From: Octopus sinensis
Lineage: Eukaryota
Length of the DNA: 64,000 nucleotides
Direction: 5' to 3'
Assembly (NCBI RefSeq): GCF_006345805.1
Contig: NC_043006.1
Span: 69,316,001-69,380,000 of the forward strand
This document shows, piece by piece, positions 26,303 through 40,189 of the stretch. The notes beneath the pieces are model-generated. The model was not told where the DNA came from. It did not search any database and saw only the letters and a program-made list of their open reading frames with translations. A program made the position numbers and the translations under genes. Position 1 is the first letter of the stretch; the number at the start of each line of letters is the position of its first letter.

Positions 26303-29300
26303 ACACTCACACACACACACACACACACACATATTCTGTCATTTGTTGCAGTAATTTGACTGCGGCCATGCTAGAGCAACGCCTTTAGTCGAGCAAATCG
26401 TGTCCCCACCAGGACTTATTCTTTGTAAGCCTGGTACTTATTCTATCGGTCTGTTTTGCGGGGACGTAAACACAAGTTACGGGGACGTAAACACACCAAC
26501 ATCGGTTGTGAAGCGACAGCGTGTGTGTGTGTGTGGGGGGGTGTACAAACACAGACAAAAACATCCGCGCACACACACGCGCACACACACACGCGCGCAC
26601 ACACACACGCGCACACACGTATATATATATATATATATATATATTAACTTCAGCAAGTGGGACAAAAATATTGTTTCTGTGTTATTCTTTTTTAACAGCT
26701 CGAACAAACTATAGGCACAGAATTCAGGACCCTTTTTTTCCTTGTAACATCGGTGGGTTTTTTTTTCTTATTCTCTTAAGGTTGGTTTAAGATAGTTAAT
26801 CTTAAAATTACACCAAATCATTATGAAACGAACTTCATAGCCACATGTTCATAACTCCGTCACCAGGCATTGAAAGAATTTTAAAGTATCGCTCCTCGGC
26901 TAAGAGGGGACTAAGTGAATCAGGATAAATTTTTGTGGAATTGTGTGACTTTTAAAGGGCAACAGAACGGAACAACATAGGCAGGCAATATGATCTCACG
27001 GTGCAAAGTGGTTGGCTGTTGAATATCTCAACATCTTTGCTACGTATCACACTCACATACACACACGTAAGCACACATACATTCACATTTGACTATAGTT
27101 CATAACATCAAACCCGACACAATTCCATTTCAAACACACATGGATATGAAGTAACTAATAGAATGCATTGGCGCTACTTTTACTCCACTAACATTTCGAG
27201 TGATCTGATTTGACACCCGTTGTTTGTCTGGCACCTAAACAACAGCAATGACGATGATTATCTGATTCCATTTGACAGCGATCAGATGAATAAAGAGATA
27301 ATTAAAAAAGCTCACAGACCTCATTACAAACTGATTGCGCTTAAATACAACACAGAATTACGATAATATTGTTAATTCAGATGTCACATTCACATGGCCG
27401 TATGGCGTGATGCCCTATTCTATGGGATACATTACGTGCCTTCAAAAAACACATTTTTTTTCACTCTACCATGTCTGATAGTTGGCACTCACACAGATAG
27501 TGAACTGTAGACGGGATAGTTTGGTGTGTATTTGACCTTTAAGCCAGATACTTACTATATCTCATTCAAAAAAATAAAGTTTAAAAAAAATGCTGAAAGG
27601 TGGTATGAGAATGTTGTTAATCTTATGTTCTCAAATGAGAAGAATTGCGTGCCTCAGTATTTACGTATTTTCTACTTAAGATGACATTTTTTTGTTCTAC
27701 ATTCCTCGCCATTACTTCATGCAAGTACAGACAACCGCCTAATTGCTGAGACAGCGAGAACATATTTACGGCCCAACTCAATTGGGGGTGTTTATATACA
27801 GCCTTTGAAACTACGAGAAACAGTGCATATTTTAAATCACACCAGAATGACATAAAACTGAATATAGCCCTGAATTATGTAATCGTAGACAGACTAAATC
27901 CGGGAAAAGAAAATATAGACGCGATTGTCGTCGTTGGAATGGCTTTGATCATGGTAAATGTGAACGTGACGTGTACTATAATCCTGGTTTGAGCAGTTCT
28001 GTGGGTACAATTTGAGTGGCAGAAACTGTCTGTATGTCTAGTTCTCTCTCTCTCTCCCTCTCTCCTACTCTCCCACTCTATCTCTCTCCGTCACTCTCTC
28101 TCTCTATCTGTCTGCTTGTCTGGTTATTTGTGTCTCTTCCGCTTTTCCGCTTTCTCTCTCTTTAGGGTGGAAGGGCTGGATATTGTGTCTAATTGGGGAC
28201 GTGGAGGTTGAGTGTATGAGGTGGGGGAGAAAGTGTGACGAGCGGAAGAGAGTCAAATGTGTTGAGAGTTCCTGAATGAATGAAGCTCGAGATAACACCT
28301 TTAAGGAGCAGGGGTTATTGTAGTAACGGTAGAAAAGGTATGGGGGAGAGACTGTTTGTCTGTAAATGAGACGTTGAACTGTGTTGGTGAGTGACTATTC
28401 TCAGTGGCAGGGTAGACAATATATATATGTTTTGTAACAGCATTACCTCAGTAGAAGGAAAAGTACATGACTGCGGGCCGCACAGGATCTTCGTAGAGTT
28501 AGTAGATGCTTAATTGTTAGGTACTTTTGGAACCTGAAGACAATGGTCAGTGTTTCTGACATAATTTCTAATAATCGGTCATGCCCTGAGTATGACTTTA
28601 AACTGCATCCAGTACTGTAGCCCTGGCTCGACTGTCCCAGGATTTTAAGGAGTGTGAAACCACGGCTTAACCACACATTGTCCCTAGGTCTATCCGACCC
28701 AGAGTAGTAGCTCCTGTCAAGGTTCCAGCTATGGGTTGATTAGCATATTTCGGCTTGCCTACCAATGCATGTTAGTACTGGATCCTGCAGACCGAGCAGT
28801 AAAATACCTTCATGGTTCAGCGGAGAAGATGGCAGCTGCAATAATGCATTGTGGGACACAGACAGCAAGATAAGACATATTGGTTATCTACTGCATCTGT
28901 TTCCATCCCGATTCATCTTGACCTGGATTGAAGATGGTCACGGATGATAGATTCAGGTTGATGGTACACAACTCTTCTTCGGTTTAAACAAAGTCATTTC
29001 CCAAGTCGTCAGTCATTTTTAAAGGTAACCAGATAAGTGAAAATACTCTTAATGCGGTAGGAGGAGCCTAGAGAGTATTCACATCCGCTGACAAGGGAGG
29101 TAACCGCTTCTAGGATCCTCAGACAAGATCTAGTTTCGTCTATGACTATAGATATTGTCAGTGAGGACTGTTCGAATGCCGTATGACCGGCTAATTTCTT
29201 CTGCCAGCATATATGTACTTATAAAAGTTTATGGATGATTTAGCGGACTGCTAATGCGTATCCTAAAAGTGAATATAAAAGCCAGGTGAATGTGATATCA

Positions 29301-30021
29301 TAAAGGAATAATACATATAAAATTGGGACTCTCTGTCGGTCACAACGACGAGCGTTCCGGTTGAACCAATCAACGGAGCAGCCTGCTCGTGAAATTAATG
29401 TGCAAGCGCCTGATTACTCCACAGACTAGCAGACCCCTAACGTAGTTATCAAGGAGATTCAGCGTGACATAGAATGGCCCTTTAACATACACGTAGATAC
29501 GAGTAGTACTCGTTTTTGCTGGCTGAGTGGACTGGAATAACGTATCTTGCTCAAGGACGAAAGGGGCCACCGGGAATCGGGCCGAATACCTAACCACTAA
29601 GCCGAGAGAGATTTAGAGAGCGCGGGGACGGACCTTTTGTAGCGTTGTTATGAGTGAAGCGTTTGCGGGTTTGGAGTTATGAAGTTTTGTTGCATGTCAG
29701 ATGTGTGTGAGCTTATAATTCAGAAGTCAGTTCTAGTCACCCGCTCAGCAGTTTCTGCTGTTCCGGGACTGAAGTACAATCGATGCCAGAGTTATTTAAC
29801 ACACATGTAACAAGTATAAATACAAGTAATTCCTCACAGGTCAAGACCAGCGCTGGGTTAACCATTAAGCAAAATAAGCATGTGTTTATTGGGTATCAAG
29901 CGAAGGAGGGAGCACCACAGAAGTGGCAAACGGTTTACGACACAAAAGAAATCACTTTAAACTTACTAAAATAATATTCGGGATACCATGTGTCTACTAA
30001 GTATATACTCTACTAAGTATT

Positions 30022-30735
30022 AGAAGCAGGCGTTGCTGTGTGGTAAGAAGCTTGCTTCCAAAAGATCTCACCAAAAGAAATATTAGCAAGTTTATTGCCT
30101 CAAATTGTAAGTTCACAAAAGAACAATGTTTTAGAGAAGCAAAGATCGGCGGGCGTCTTCTGTCTTCTCTCACTAATATCAACCTGTTCATCATTCATCT
30201 CATCACATTAATATCTTTGTCCAGCCCGTAGCTTCTCCATCTGTGTACGGCTTTCATAGCCAATTTCATGAAATAAAGTAGCTTGCTTCCCAATAACATG
30301 GTTACGGGTTTAGTCCCACTGCGTGGAAACTTGGGCAAGTGTCCTCTACTCTAACCTCGGGCCGACCAAAGCCTTGTGAGTGGATTTGGTAGACGGAAAC
30401 GGAAAGAAACCTGTCGTATATATATATATATATATATATTATGTATGTATGTATGTATGTATGTATGCATGTATGTATGTATGTGTATGTAATTGTATGT
30501 ATATGTTTGTGTGTCTGTGTTTGTCCCCACCACCATCCCTTGACAACCAGAGTCGATATGCTTACGTTCTTGTAACATCGGCGATTCGACAAAAGAAAAA
30601 GATAGAATAAGTCCTGGGGTTGATTTCGTCGACTAAAAAAACCGTTAAAGGAGGTGCTCCATCAAGATCCGCAGTCAAATGACTGAAACAAGTAGAAGAA
30701 TAAAGGAATAAAAGAATACAAGAATAAAAGAATAA
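30022..30735 (+). mobile_element. SINE family A with a ~220-bp insertion in its head
   Basis: agcttgcttcc repeated at about 30049 and 30280 either side of unrelated sequence. Confidence 0.65.
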
Positions 30736-31024
30736 AAACAGATGTGTTACGTAAGATCAATTTGCAGGATCTGATCAAAGAGTTAGCAGTCAGATAAAGT
30801 AGAAAACTTTTCAAATATAAATGAGGTGGAATTATACAAAAATAAACATTATTTTCCATCTGTTAGTTTTGTCTCTTTTTGGAAAATGAAAATTTATTTT
30901 ATTCTATTATATGTCTCAGCCTTGAGGCTGCAGCCAAGCTGAGACACTTTTATGGCTTTTATTTTTAAAATATTTCATATCGTATGAGGGAGACAGTTGC
31001 ATGCAGTACTGAGGTACACAGCAA

Positions 31025-31267
31025 CTCTTTTACTCTTTACTCTTTTACTTGTTTCAGTCATTTGACTGCGGCCATGCTGAAGCATCGCCTTTGGTCGAGC
31101 AAATCGATCCAATGACATATTCCTTGTAAGCCTAGTACTTATTCTATCGGTCTGTTTTGCTGAACCGCTAGGTTACGGGGATGTAAACACACTAGCATCG
31201 ATTGTCAAGCGATGTTGGGGGGAAAAACACAGACACACAAACACAGACACACAACACACACACACAC

Positions 31268-31329
<62 letters not shown>

Positions 31330-31432
31330 AATATATACGACGGGCTTCTTTTCAGTTTCTGCTATCCAGATCCACTCACAAGGCTTTGGTCGACCAAGGC
31401 TATAATAGAAGACACTTGCCCAAGATGCCACG
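31025..31432 (-). mobile_element. SINE family A
   Basis: Reverse-complement match. Confidence 0.8.
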
Positions 31433-31800
31433 AGTGTTTGTCTTAAGGAGTTCAAAATATGCCCAAGGTTGCTGTTGAACAGATGGTGGATAATCTTGTG
31501 CGTGTCTAACAAGTCAGTGGCCAGAGTCTGGGCTTTAATGTGTCCGTGTCCAGGGAAGCAAGACTTACAAAGTATGGTAGATGCTTGAAGACGGGTATTC
31601 GTTTTGTTGCATGTTTCTGAACAGTTTCCAGGAGATTGATATGCTGAGCAAAATAGGAGTTCCAGACTGGTAAAGCAAATTTTAAGTGTGGACGTACCAT
31701 TGACAAATACAGTTTTAAATAAATAGCTGGTAAGTGGCTGACAAGGGTCTTGCTGAGTGATGCCAGGACACCCCCAGCCTTCTTGGCAAGCTTAGAGATG
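31433..31800 (-). mobile_element. CR1/Jockey-group LINE 3' fragment
   Basis: SMVRPHLKFALPVWNSY...LETVQKHATKRIP. Confidence 0.75.
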
Positions 31801-32177
31801 GATTTTATTGTTTATATTTTGAAATACATATATATGAGGTTACCAAAATCATTTGAATGATTAGGACCTCTTCAGGGTTAATCCATCTCTAGTCAAGATT
31901 TGATACTCCTGTACCCAAGTTCACCCAGTTAACTATGTTACAAAGACCGAGATAACACAACAAACGTACAGCCAGTGTTAATCTCTGATTAATCGAAAAA
32001 CTGCATTGATCTGATTTCTTCCCCGTAATAGACACTTCTTAAAGACTGCCAGGTCAACGGAGTCTGACTGAGAATTTCAGAGTTGATGTTACTAGATATA
32101 GCAGTTTTCGCTAGTTCCTTCTCACACTCTCTCTCTATCTCACTATACACACACATACAGACACACGGACACACACA

Positions 32178-32233
<56 letters not shown>

Positions 32234-32555
32234 TGCATACACAGACACATATGAGTGTCTGTCAGTTTGTCTGCGCATACATGGGTGTTTTGTGTGCTGA
32301 GTGTGTTTAGGTGTATGTGTATGTGCGTGTGCGTGTGCGCGGTTATATAGAGTATACACATATATATATATTTTGTATGTCTCTCTATATATATATATGT
32401 ATGTCTCTCTCTCTATATATACGTGTGTGTGTTTGTGTCTGTATTTGTGTGCGTGTGTGTGTGTGTGTGCGTGGTTATACATAGTATACACATATATATG
32501 TTTATGCATGGGTGTATGTCTATATATGTCTATATGTATATATATATATATATAT

Positions 32556-32745
32556 GGTGCAGGAGTGACTGTGTGGTAAGTAGCTTGCTTACCAACCACA
32601 TGGTTCCGGGTTCAGTCCCACTGCGTGGCACCTTGGGCAAGTGTCTTCTACTATAGTCTCGGCCGACCAAAGCCTTGTAAGTGGATTTGGTAGACGGAAA
32701 CTGAAAGAAGCCCGTATATGTGTGTATATATATATATATATTATA

Positions 32746-32792
<47 letters not shown>

Positions 32793-32806
32793 CTAATATA
32801 TATATA

Positions 32807-32852
<46 letters not shown>

Positions 32853-33045
32853 TCCTCCCAACATCACTTGACAACCGATGCTGGTGTGTTTTACGTCTTC
32901 GTAATTTAGCAGTTCGGCAAAAGACACCGATAAAATAAGTACTAGGCTTACAAAGAATAAGTCCTGGGGTCGATTTTCTCGACTAAAGGCGGTGCTCCGG
33001 CATGGCCACAGTCAAATGACTGAAACGATTAAAAGAGTAAAAGAA
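32556..33045 (+). mobile_element. SINE family A, near consensus
   Basis: Full head, internal (AT)/(GT) tract and tail. Confidence 0.88.
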
Positions 33046-33063
33046 TACGTGTATATAATGTAT

Positions 33064-33622
33064 GTGGTGGTGCGTGGTTTAGTGGTTAGGGTGTCAGCAT
33101 CATGATCGTAAGATTGTGGTTTCGATTCCTGGACCAGGCGACGCATTGTATTCTTGAGCAAAACACTTCATTTCACGTTGCTCCAGTCCACTCAGCTGGC
33201 AAAAATGAGTAACGCTGCGATGGACAGGCGTCCCCTCCAGCTGAGGAACACATACACCATAGAAACCGGGAAACCGGACCCATGAGCCTGGCTAGGCCTT
33301 AAAAGGACGCAGTTATTTGTGGATGCGCAATGGCCCAGTGGTTAGAGCAGCGGACTCGCGGTCGGAGGATCGCGGTTTCGATTCCCAGACCGAGCGTTCA
33401 GTGTGTTTATTGAGTGAAAACACCTAAGAGCTCCACGAGGATCCAGTAGGGAGTGGTGGCGACCCCTGTTGTACTCTTTCGCCACAACTTTCTCTCACTC
33501 TCTCTTCCTGTTTCTAGAGTAACGCTGCGATGGACTGGCGTCCCATCCGGCTGGGGGGAATGCATACGTCACAGAAACCGGAAAACCGGGCCCATGAGCC
33601 TAGATTGGCTTGAAAAGGGTGA
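33064..33622 (+). mobile_element. Tandem tRNA-derived SINEs (family C 33064-33320, family D 33321-33622) sharing a tail segment
   Basis: Two A/B-box heads; gagtaacgctgcgatggac...cagaaaccgg...cccatgagcct occurs in both. Confidence 0.75.
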
Positions 33623-33792
33623 CGTTTTATATAATGTATATATGTGTGTGTGTGTTGTGTGTGTGTTTTTTCCGTCTGGGTACATGTGTGTATGTGTCTG
33701 TCTTTGTATTGCCCAACACCTTTCGATGAGGTGTATACGTGCGCATTTACATCAGTATGTCAGTGTTGGGTGCGAGCACGCGCGCGCACACA

Positions 33793-33823
<31 letters not shown>

Positions 33824-33953
33824 GTAACTGTTTGGGTATTGTGTGACATTTGTTTCGTTAGCGTATGTATATTGGAGTGTATATACATGTAAACAGCTTT
33901 CCCCAAGTATTTATATTCGTTGTTATTGAACGGTATGTGCGCCTATGTATGTA

Positions 33954-33986
<33 letters not shown>

Positions 33987-34170
33987 TGTATGAATATATA
34001 TATATATATGTATGGAAGTGTATGTCTGTGTGTGAACATGTCTATGTATATGTAGTATGCGTGTGTGTGAGTGTTTGTGTCTGCGTGCGTGTGTATAATA
34101 TATATATATATATATATATAATATACGGATGTGTATGTCTGTGCATGAGCATGACTACGTATGTGTGTGA

Positions 34171-34210
<40 letters not shown>

Positions 34211-34591
34211 GTGCGCGCGCGCGCGGTGTGTGTAATAGCAGATGCACTCGATACCTATGTACTTAATAACCAATCTCGCGTAACCTGTCGCAGTAAGACA
34301 AAAGACGAAAAAAATTAGATCGAACACACTAAAGTTGTGATTTCCCTGAAGACCTCATTTGACAAATTTCAATATAGTGTTTATACATACATAATACATA
34401 CATAATACATACATACATACAAACATACATACATACATACATACATACATACATACATACATACATACATACATAGGTCAGGATAAATGTTGTTATATGG
34501 TTGTGAAAAGGGGGAAAACTATAAACCAAACTAGTAAAATATCCCTCAATGATCTGACTGTTTCCTCTGTATCTGACGAAAAATATTCTTT

Positions 34592-34800
34592 TCTACTCTA
34601 GGCACAAGGCCTGAAATTTCGGGGGAGGGAGCCAGTCGATTTGATCGACCCCCCAGTACGCAACTAGTACTTAGTTTATCGACCTCGAAAGGATGAAAGG
34701 CAAAGTCGACTTCGGTCGAATTTGAACTCAGAACGTAAAGACAGGCGAAATACCCTTAAGCATTTCGCCCGGCGTGCTAACGTTTCTGCCAGCTCGCTGC
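34592..34800 (-). mobile_element. SINE family B
   Basis: Reverse-complement match. Confidence 0.8.
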
Positions 34801-34821
34801 TTTATTTGACGAAAAATATTA

Positions 34822-35560
34822 CAGGTATCTAGGTGTGGAAGAAGATATATCATACAATAGCACCTGTAACAAAGCACGTATCACTAAAGAATATTACAGC
34901 CGAATAAAGGATATTTGGACCTCAGAACTCGCTGCATTCAATAAGACAGTGTCCCACTATGTGTTTGCGGTGCCAGTACCCATAGCAACGTTTAGGCTGC
35001 TTGATTGGACGCTTGATAAAATCCAAGCTACTGATGTGAAAATCAGGAAAATACTAACAAGCATACATAATTTCCACATAAATTGGGCTCAATATAATGA
35101 AATTCGTTGGAAGGAAAAAGAAATAAGAGCCCACAATATGGTAGAAACCATAGCCACACATAATAAAAAGGAATATTTGTGGAATGTCCTTGTGAAGACC
35201 TCAATAAAATGTAAGCACAACAGACCTAATATAATGATTTGGGATTGAGAAAAGAAACTGGACGTAATTGTGGGAATTAACTGCCCAGCGGATGTTAACA
35301 TAAAGCTGAAGATCAGTGAAAAAGAGAATACCTAAGATGAACTGTTGGAAAATTTGCATTTACTCTATCCAGATTACAAGTTCAGGTTTATACCTGTAAT
35401 TATTGGGGCCCTGAGATATGTAACACACTGCCTAAATACCAATCTTGAGAAAATATGCTTCTCAAAACCAGAAAGGAGAAAACTAATCCGAAGACTACAG
35501 ATCCAGTCCATCACTAGAACTGTATAAATCTGTAAAACTTTCCAGAATTTTATCATTTAA
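34822..35560 (+). mobile_element. Internally deleted R4/Dong-clade fragment
   Basis: YLGVEE...KEYYSRI (RT C-terminus) fused to HNRPNIMIWD...FIPVIIGAL (RLE). Confidence 0.8.
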
Positions 35561-35932
35561 ATATATATTAGCATGTCAAGATATGTAACCATATGCATGA
35601 GAATACATACATAAAACATACAAATATGTACATACATACATATGTATACCCATATGTATTTACATATGTAAACAGACATATAGGTACAAATATGCTATAA
35701 TATATATATATATATAATATATATATATATATTATATATATAACTAAGTAATTAAGGTTAGCAACGAATTGCCTCACCAACACACCGAATTAGAAATAGC
35801 AGTCAAAGAGATATAGCTATTCCTTCTACTAAAAGGGGGATCTCAGTAAAAACACAGCACCTGAAAGGCAAACACAGACAGGTAAGAAAGAAAGAATGAA
35901 ATGACGGCAATCTATCATACAATTTTAAGTTA

Positions 35933-36024
35933 CCTACGGACGTACGTTTCGAAATCAAGTTTTAGGAAAGCATAAGAATTAGAAAATTCTACTTTACCCA
36001 AACTTCTTTTCTCATCGGCGCAGG
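35933..36024 (-). ncRNA. Type I hammerhead ribozyme motif (CCGAUGA core, long stem II)
   Basis: Reverse complement of the 37039-37131 motif, with small differences in the stem II loop. Confidence 0.75.
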
Positions 36025-37038
36025 ATACTACAATTATGAATAATTGTATATTAAATTTTGAGATACTAGAAGGCATTATCTCAACTCAGTGTCAGAGCGA
36101 GCCAAAGCATGACCAGTACCACGAAATTCAAAGTGTGAATGAAAGTTTGTGTCACCAGCCCCCTTCCACCCGCGTGTAGCCAAGACAAAATGCTGCGGTC
36201 ATTTACTGGGATAAAATATGGTTATCAGTAACAATAAAGGGTGAAATTAATTAATTTGGAATAATTATCAATTACATCAAGTAGATTTCGGCATGTAAAA
36301 GCCCCATTCGAGGAAAATTTAAGTAATACTAAGTAATTAAGGGTTTAGCAACGAATTGCCTCACCAACACACCGAATTTAGAAATAGCAGTCAAAGAGAT
36401 ATAGCTATTCCTTCTACTAAAAGGGGGATCTCAGTAAAAACACAGCACCTGAAAGGCAAACACAGACAGGTAAGAAAGAAAGAATGAAATGACGGCAATC
36501 TATCATACAATTTTAAGTTACCTACGGACGTACGTTTCGAAATCAAGTAACTTAAAATTGTATGATAGATTGCCGTCATTTCATTCTTTCTTTCTTACCT
36601 GTCTGTGTTTGCCTTTCAGGTGCTGTGTTTTTACTGAGATCCCCCTTTTAGTAGAAGGAATAGCTATATCTCTTTGACTGCTATTTCTAAATTCGGTGTG
36701 TTGGTGAGGCAATTCGTTGCTAAACCTTAATTACTTAGTATTACTTAATTTCCTCGAATGGCTTTTACATGCCGAAATCTACTTGGTGTAATTGATAATT
36801 ATTCCAAATTAATTAATTTCACCCTTTATTGTTACTGATAACCATATTTTATCCCAGTAAATGACCGCAGCATTTTGTCTTGGCTACACGCGGGTAGAAG
36901 GGGGCTGGTGACACAAACTTTCATTCACACTTTGAATTTCGTGGTACTGGTCATGCTTTGGCTCGCTCTGACACTGAGTTGAGATAATGCCTTCTAGTAT
37001 CTCAAAATTTAATATACAATTATTCATAATTGTAGTAT

Positions 37039-37131
37039 CCTGCGCCGATGAGAAAAGAAGTTTGGGTAAAGTAGAATTTTCTAATTCTTATGCTCTCCTA
37101 AAACTTGATTTCGAAACGTACGTCCGTAGGT
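37039..37131 (+). ncRNA. Type I hammerhead ribozyme motif (CCGAUGA core, long stem II)
   Basis: CCUGCG CCGAUGA GAAA[54 nt, partly hairpin]UUUC GAAA CGUACG UC^ CGUAGG: 6-bp stem I, G-C closed stem II, palindromic stem III, GUC triplet. Confidence 0.75.
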
Positions 37132-37360
37132 AACTTAAAATTGTATGATAGATTGCCGTCATTTCATTCTTTCTTTCTTACCTGTCTGTGTTTGCCTTTC
37201 AGGTGCTGTGTTTTTACTGAGATCCCCCTTTTAGTAGAAGGAATAGCTATATCTCTTTGACTGCTATTTCTAAATTCGGTGTGTTGGTGAGGCAATTCGT
37301 TGCTAACCCTTAATTACTTAGTATTACTTAAATTTTCCTCGAATCTACTTGGTGTAATGA

Positions 37361-37390
<30 letters not shown>

Positions 37391-37395
<5 letters not shown>

Positions 37396-38228
37396 AAGAA
37401 AAATAAGTTGGCTAGCAGCAAGCTGTTTCGCCTCATACCGAAGGAATTAGAAATGGCAGTCAATGGAAAAAACGGTCTTTGACTGCCATTTCTAATTCCT
37501 TCGGTATGAGGCGAAACAGCTTGCTGCTAGCCAACTTATTTTTTTTTACTATATACTGAACCTTACAAAGGTCTTGACAATTATTTTGTCGTATTTACAT
37601 ACCGAAATTTACCGGTAAATAATTGTTGGTTACATGAAAAACCACAGGAAAATTATTTACCATTTTTATTGTATTACCATGTGGATTCCTCATTCCATTA
37701 CGATTACCCAGAAGGCGCGCATGGCAGAATTTTGGAGGGAAAATTTACGTTCCCAGTCGTTACTTGGTTTTAACATCTGCGCACTTCCCCCCACTATCTG
37801 ATGTCGCTGGGTCAGAAGTGAGGGCCGGTGGCATTTGATAAAGCTATCGAATATAGCGCTGATGACGGAATTCAAACTCCCCTTTTTTTATATGTTTGTG
37901 ATCCAGAAACACCGTGTTCGCTATTAACGGTAAGTGACTGAATTCGTATATTTGCCACTCCGGTTTTGTGTATGTGAGCCGCAAGGGCCTTCGTTTTTGG
38001 AATCTCCACTTATAGAAATGGAAAAAACGGTCTTTGACTGCCATTTCTAATTCCTTCGGTATGAGGCGAAACAGCTTGCTGCTAGCCAACTTATTTTTTT
38101 TTACTATATACTGAACCTTACAAAGGTCTTGACAATTATTTTGTCGTATTTACATACCGAAATTTACCGGTAAATAATTGTTGGTTACATGAAAAACCAC
38201 AGGAAAATTATTTACCATTTTTATTGTA
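37391..38228 (+). mobile_element. HHR-bearing element: 73-bp inverted 5' arm, 555-bp unit and 211-bp direct repeat, inserted in (TA)n
   Basis: Arms 37391-37463 and 37479-37551; direct repeat 37463 vs 38018; (TA)n on both flanks. Confidence 0.85.
37853..37924 (+). ncRNA. Type I hammerhead ribozyme motif
   Basis: AUAGCG CUGAUGA C-GGA...UCC-A GAAA CAC C GUG UU^ CGCUAU: perfect 6-bp stem I, canonical core, GUU triplet, C.A at 10.1/11.1. Confidence 0.8.
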
Positions 38229-38965
38229 TATATATATATATATATATACAAAATGGGACAAGAAAGCAAAAACATCCAAATAGATGATACAAAAACACAG
38301 ACGGGTCAATCAAGGCCTTTAATCTTCAATCAAGAACCGGATCATCCTCGCAATTTCGGTTGATTAATCTTGAGATTGCTCCAATCTGGCCAGCCACAAG
38401 GAATAACTAAGATAAGAGCATTAGATTCCTCGGAAAAAGGATCGAATGTGTACGAAACAAGGACAGAAAAACGGACGATCTTACACGAATATAAATGCAA
38501 AAAAAAACAATAATAATAATAATAACAGGACACAACAGGCGTCTTTCGACCATATGTACATATGTATAGGGAGAGTGAAAGATAATGAGAGAAAGAGAGT
38601 AAGAGAGAGAGAGAAAGAGAAGGAGAGAGAAAGAGAAGGAGAGAGAAAGAGAAGGAGAGAGAAAATAATGAAGAATGGAAAGTTAAACATCATTAACATT
38701 TTTTTAAGGAGCATATTCTCCATATTATATTCGGAGGCATTTTTCTGCTGAATAAGTATCTTAGAATCATTTTATGAGAGCATTTATTGATTTATATTAA
38801 ATCGATTATAGTATGCATCCTAATCCAAAGCTTGATAATCCGATACAACTTTATTCAAGGTGATTGAAGTTCCACCGCCAGCCCCGAATGGGAAACAACT
38901 CGAATAATGTCGTATAGGATTGCCAACCGTTATATTAGAACGTGTATTACTATTGATTTCATATG

Positions 38966-39025
<60 letters not shown>

Positions 39026-39179
39026 CGTCATATGTAAACAAACTTAATTTTATTTTTGAAGTGCTGTAATGTATTGTAGTGCAAGTAGAAAGATATATTT
39101 TTTTCAACGCGTAAAATACTGATATAACAGTATATATGGGATAATATCCCTTACAGAGCAGACAAATCTATCAGGAACC

Positions 39180-39478
39180 AGATTTTTAAAGGAAAGAAAA
39201 AGGTCAATAAATACTTGCCATTACATTTTTAGTCAACCAAATATGAACAATTTTGTTGCACAATGCGTCTCCATCTTTCCTTTAACTTGAAAATACCCTC
39301 TTCACAGAATTGAGGTAGTTTCATGGCAAAGAGTTCATCAAGGTATCTTTTTTCGTCATCCAACGAATTGAAATTATTTCAATTAAGACTATTCTGCAGA
39401 GACCTGAATAAGTGGAAATCCGAAGGAGCAATATCTGGTGAATATGGAGGGTGAGGTAATACATCCCAGCCGAACTGC
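39180..39478 (-). pseudogene. Mariner transposase C-terminal fragment
   Basis: GWDVLPHPPYSPDIAPSDFHLFRSLQN...KERWRRIVQQN..YLVD*. Confidence 0.9.
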
Positions 39479-39479
39479 A

Positions 39480-39812
39480 ACTGGTACTTATTTTATCGAC
39501 CTCGAAAGGATGAAAAGCAAAGTCGACCTCGGCGGAATTTGAACTCAGAACGTAGCGACGGGCGAAATATTTATTTCTTTATTGCCCACAAGGGGCTAAA
39601 CACAGAGTGGACAAACAAGGACAGACAAAGGGATTATGTCGATTATATCGACCTCAGTGCATAACTGGTACTTTATTTATCGACCCCGAAAGGATGAAAG
39701 GCAAAGTCGACCTCGGCGGAATTTGAACTCAGAACGTAACGGCAGACGAAATACCGCTAAGCATTTCATCCAGCGTGCTAACGACCCTGCCAGCTCATCG
39801 CCTTACACCGCC
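39480..39812 (-). mobile_element. Dimeric SINE family B
   Basis: Reverse-complement match; shares diagnostic variants and 5' flank with the copy at 23890-24175. Confidence 0.8.
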
Positions 39813-40189
39813 TTACACCGCCAAAAATAATTCCTCTTATCATACAGCAAAGAAAAATTAGTTAGAAACTGTCATTTTGATAAAAGTATAGAATGAATAT
39901 TTGATTCACCAGGAAATTCTTCCATCTTGACTCAAATATGTGCTTATCCCTGATTGAGATCATTATCGTTGAGTTTCATTAAGCCAAGATTAATTTGTAT
40001 TGATGACCAAGTTTTCATTACGATCATGCATAATATATTAGCATAATTAATGTTGTTTGTATTATGAGAAAATAATTGATTCCCTGACATTCTTAGAAGA
40101 CATGAAATATAATGGAGGGAAAAGGAGTTGATAATATCGATCTCAGCAAAATGACTGGTATCTTTTATCGTATATTTGTTTATCATTAG

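Larger units (their letters stand above)
35743..37365. mobile_element. Fold-back element: two ~800-bp inverted arms, each made of ~1.4 copies of a 584-bp HHR-bearing unit, inserted in (TA)n
   Basis: Left arm ends 36521, 25-nt spacer 36522-36546, right arm starts 36547; direct repeat period 584 (36547 vs 37131); no ORF. Confidence 0.9.

Noticed and set aside
16324-33400. tRNA-like heads at 16324, 25541, 33064 and 33321 as tRNA genes
   Set aside because: No complete acceptor stem or poly-T terminator; they continue into shared SINE bodies, one with a TSD
38250-38500. Further Penelope-type pLTR/HHR candidate beside the 555-bp element
   Set aside because: Only partial core-like words (ttgaaga, gaaa); no complete fold could be built
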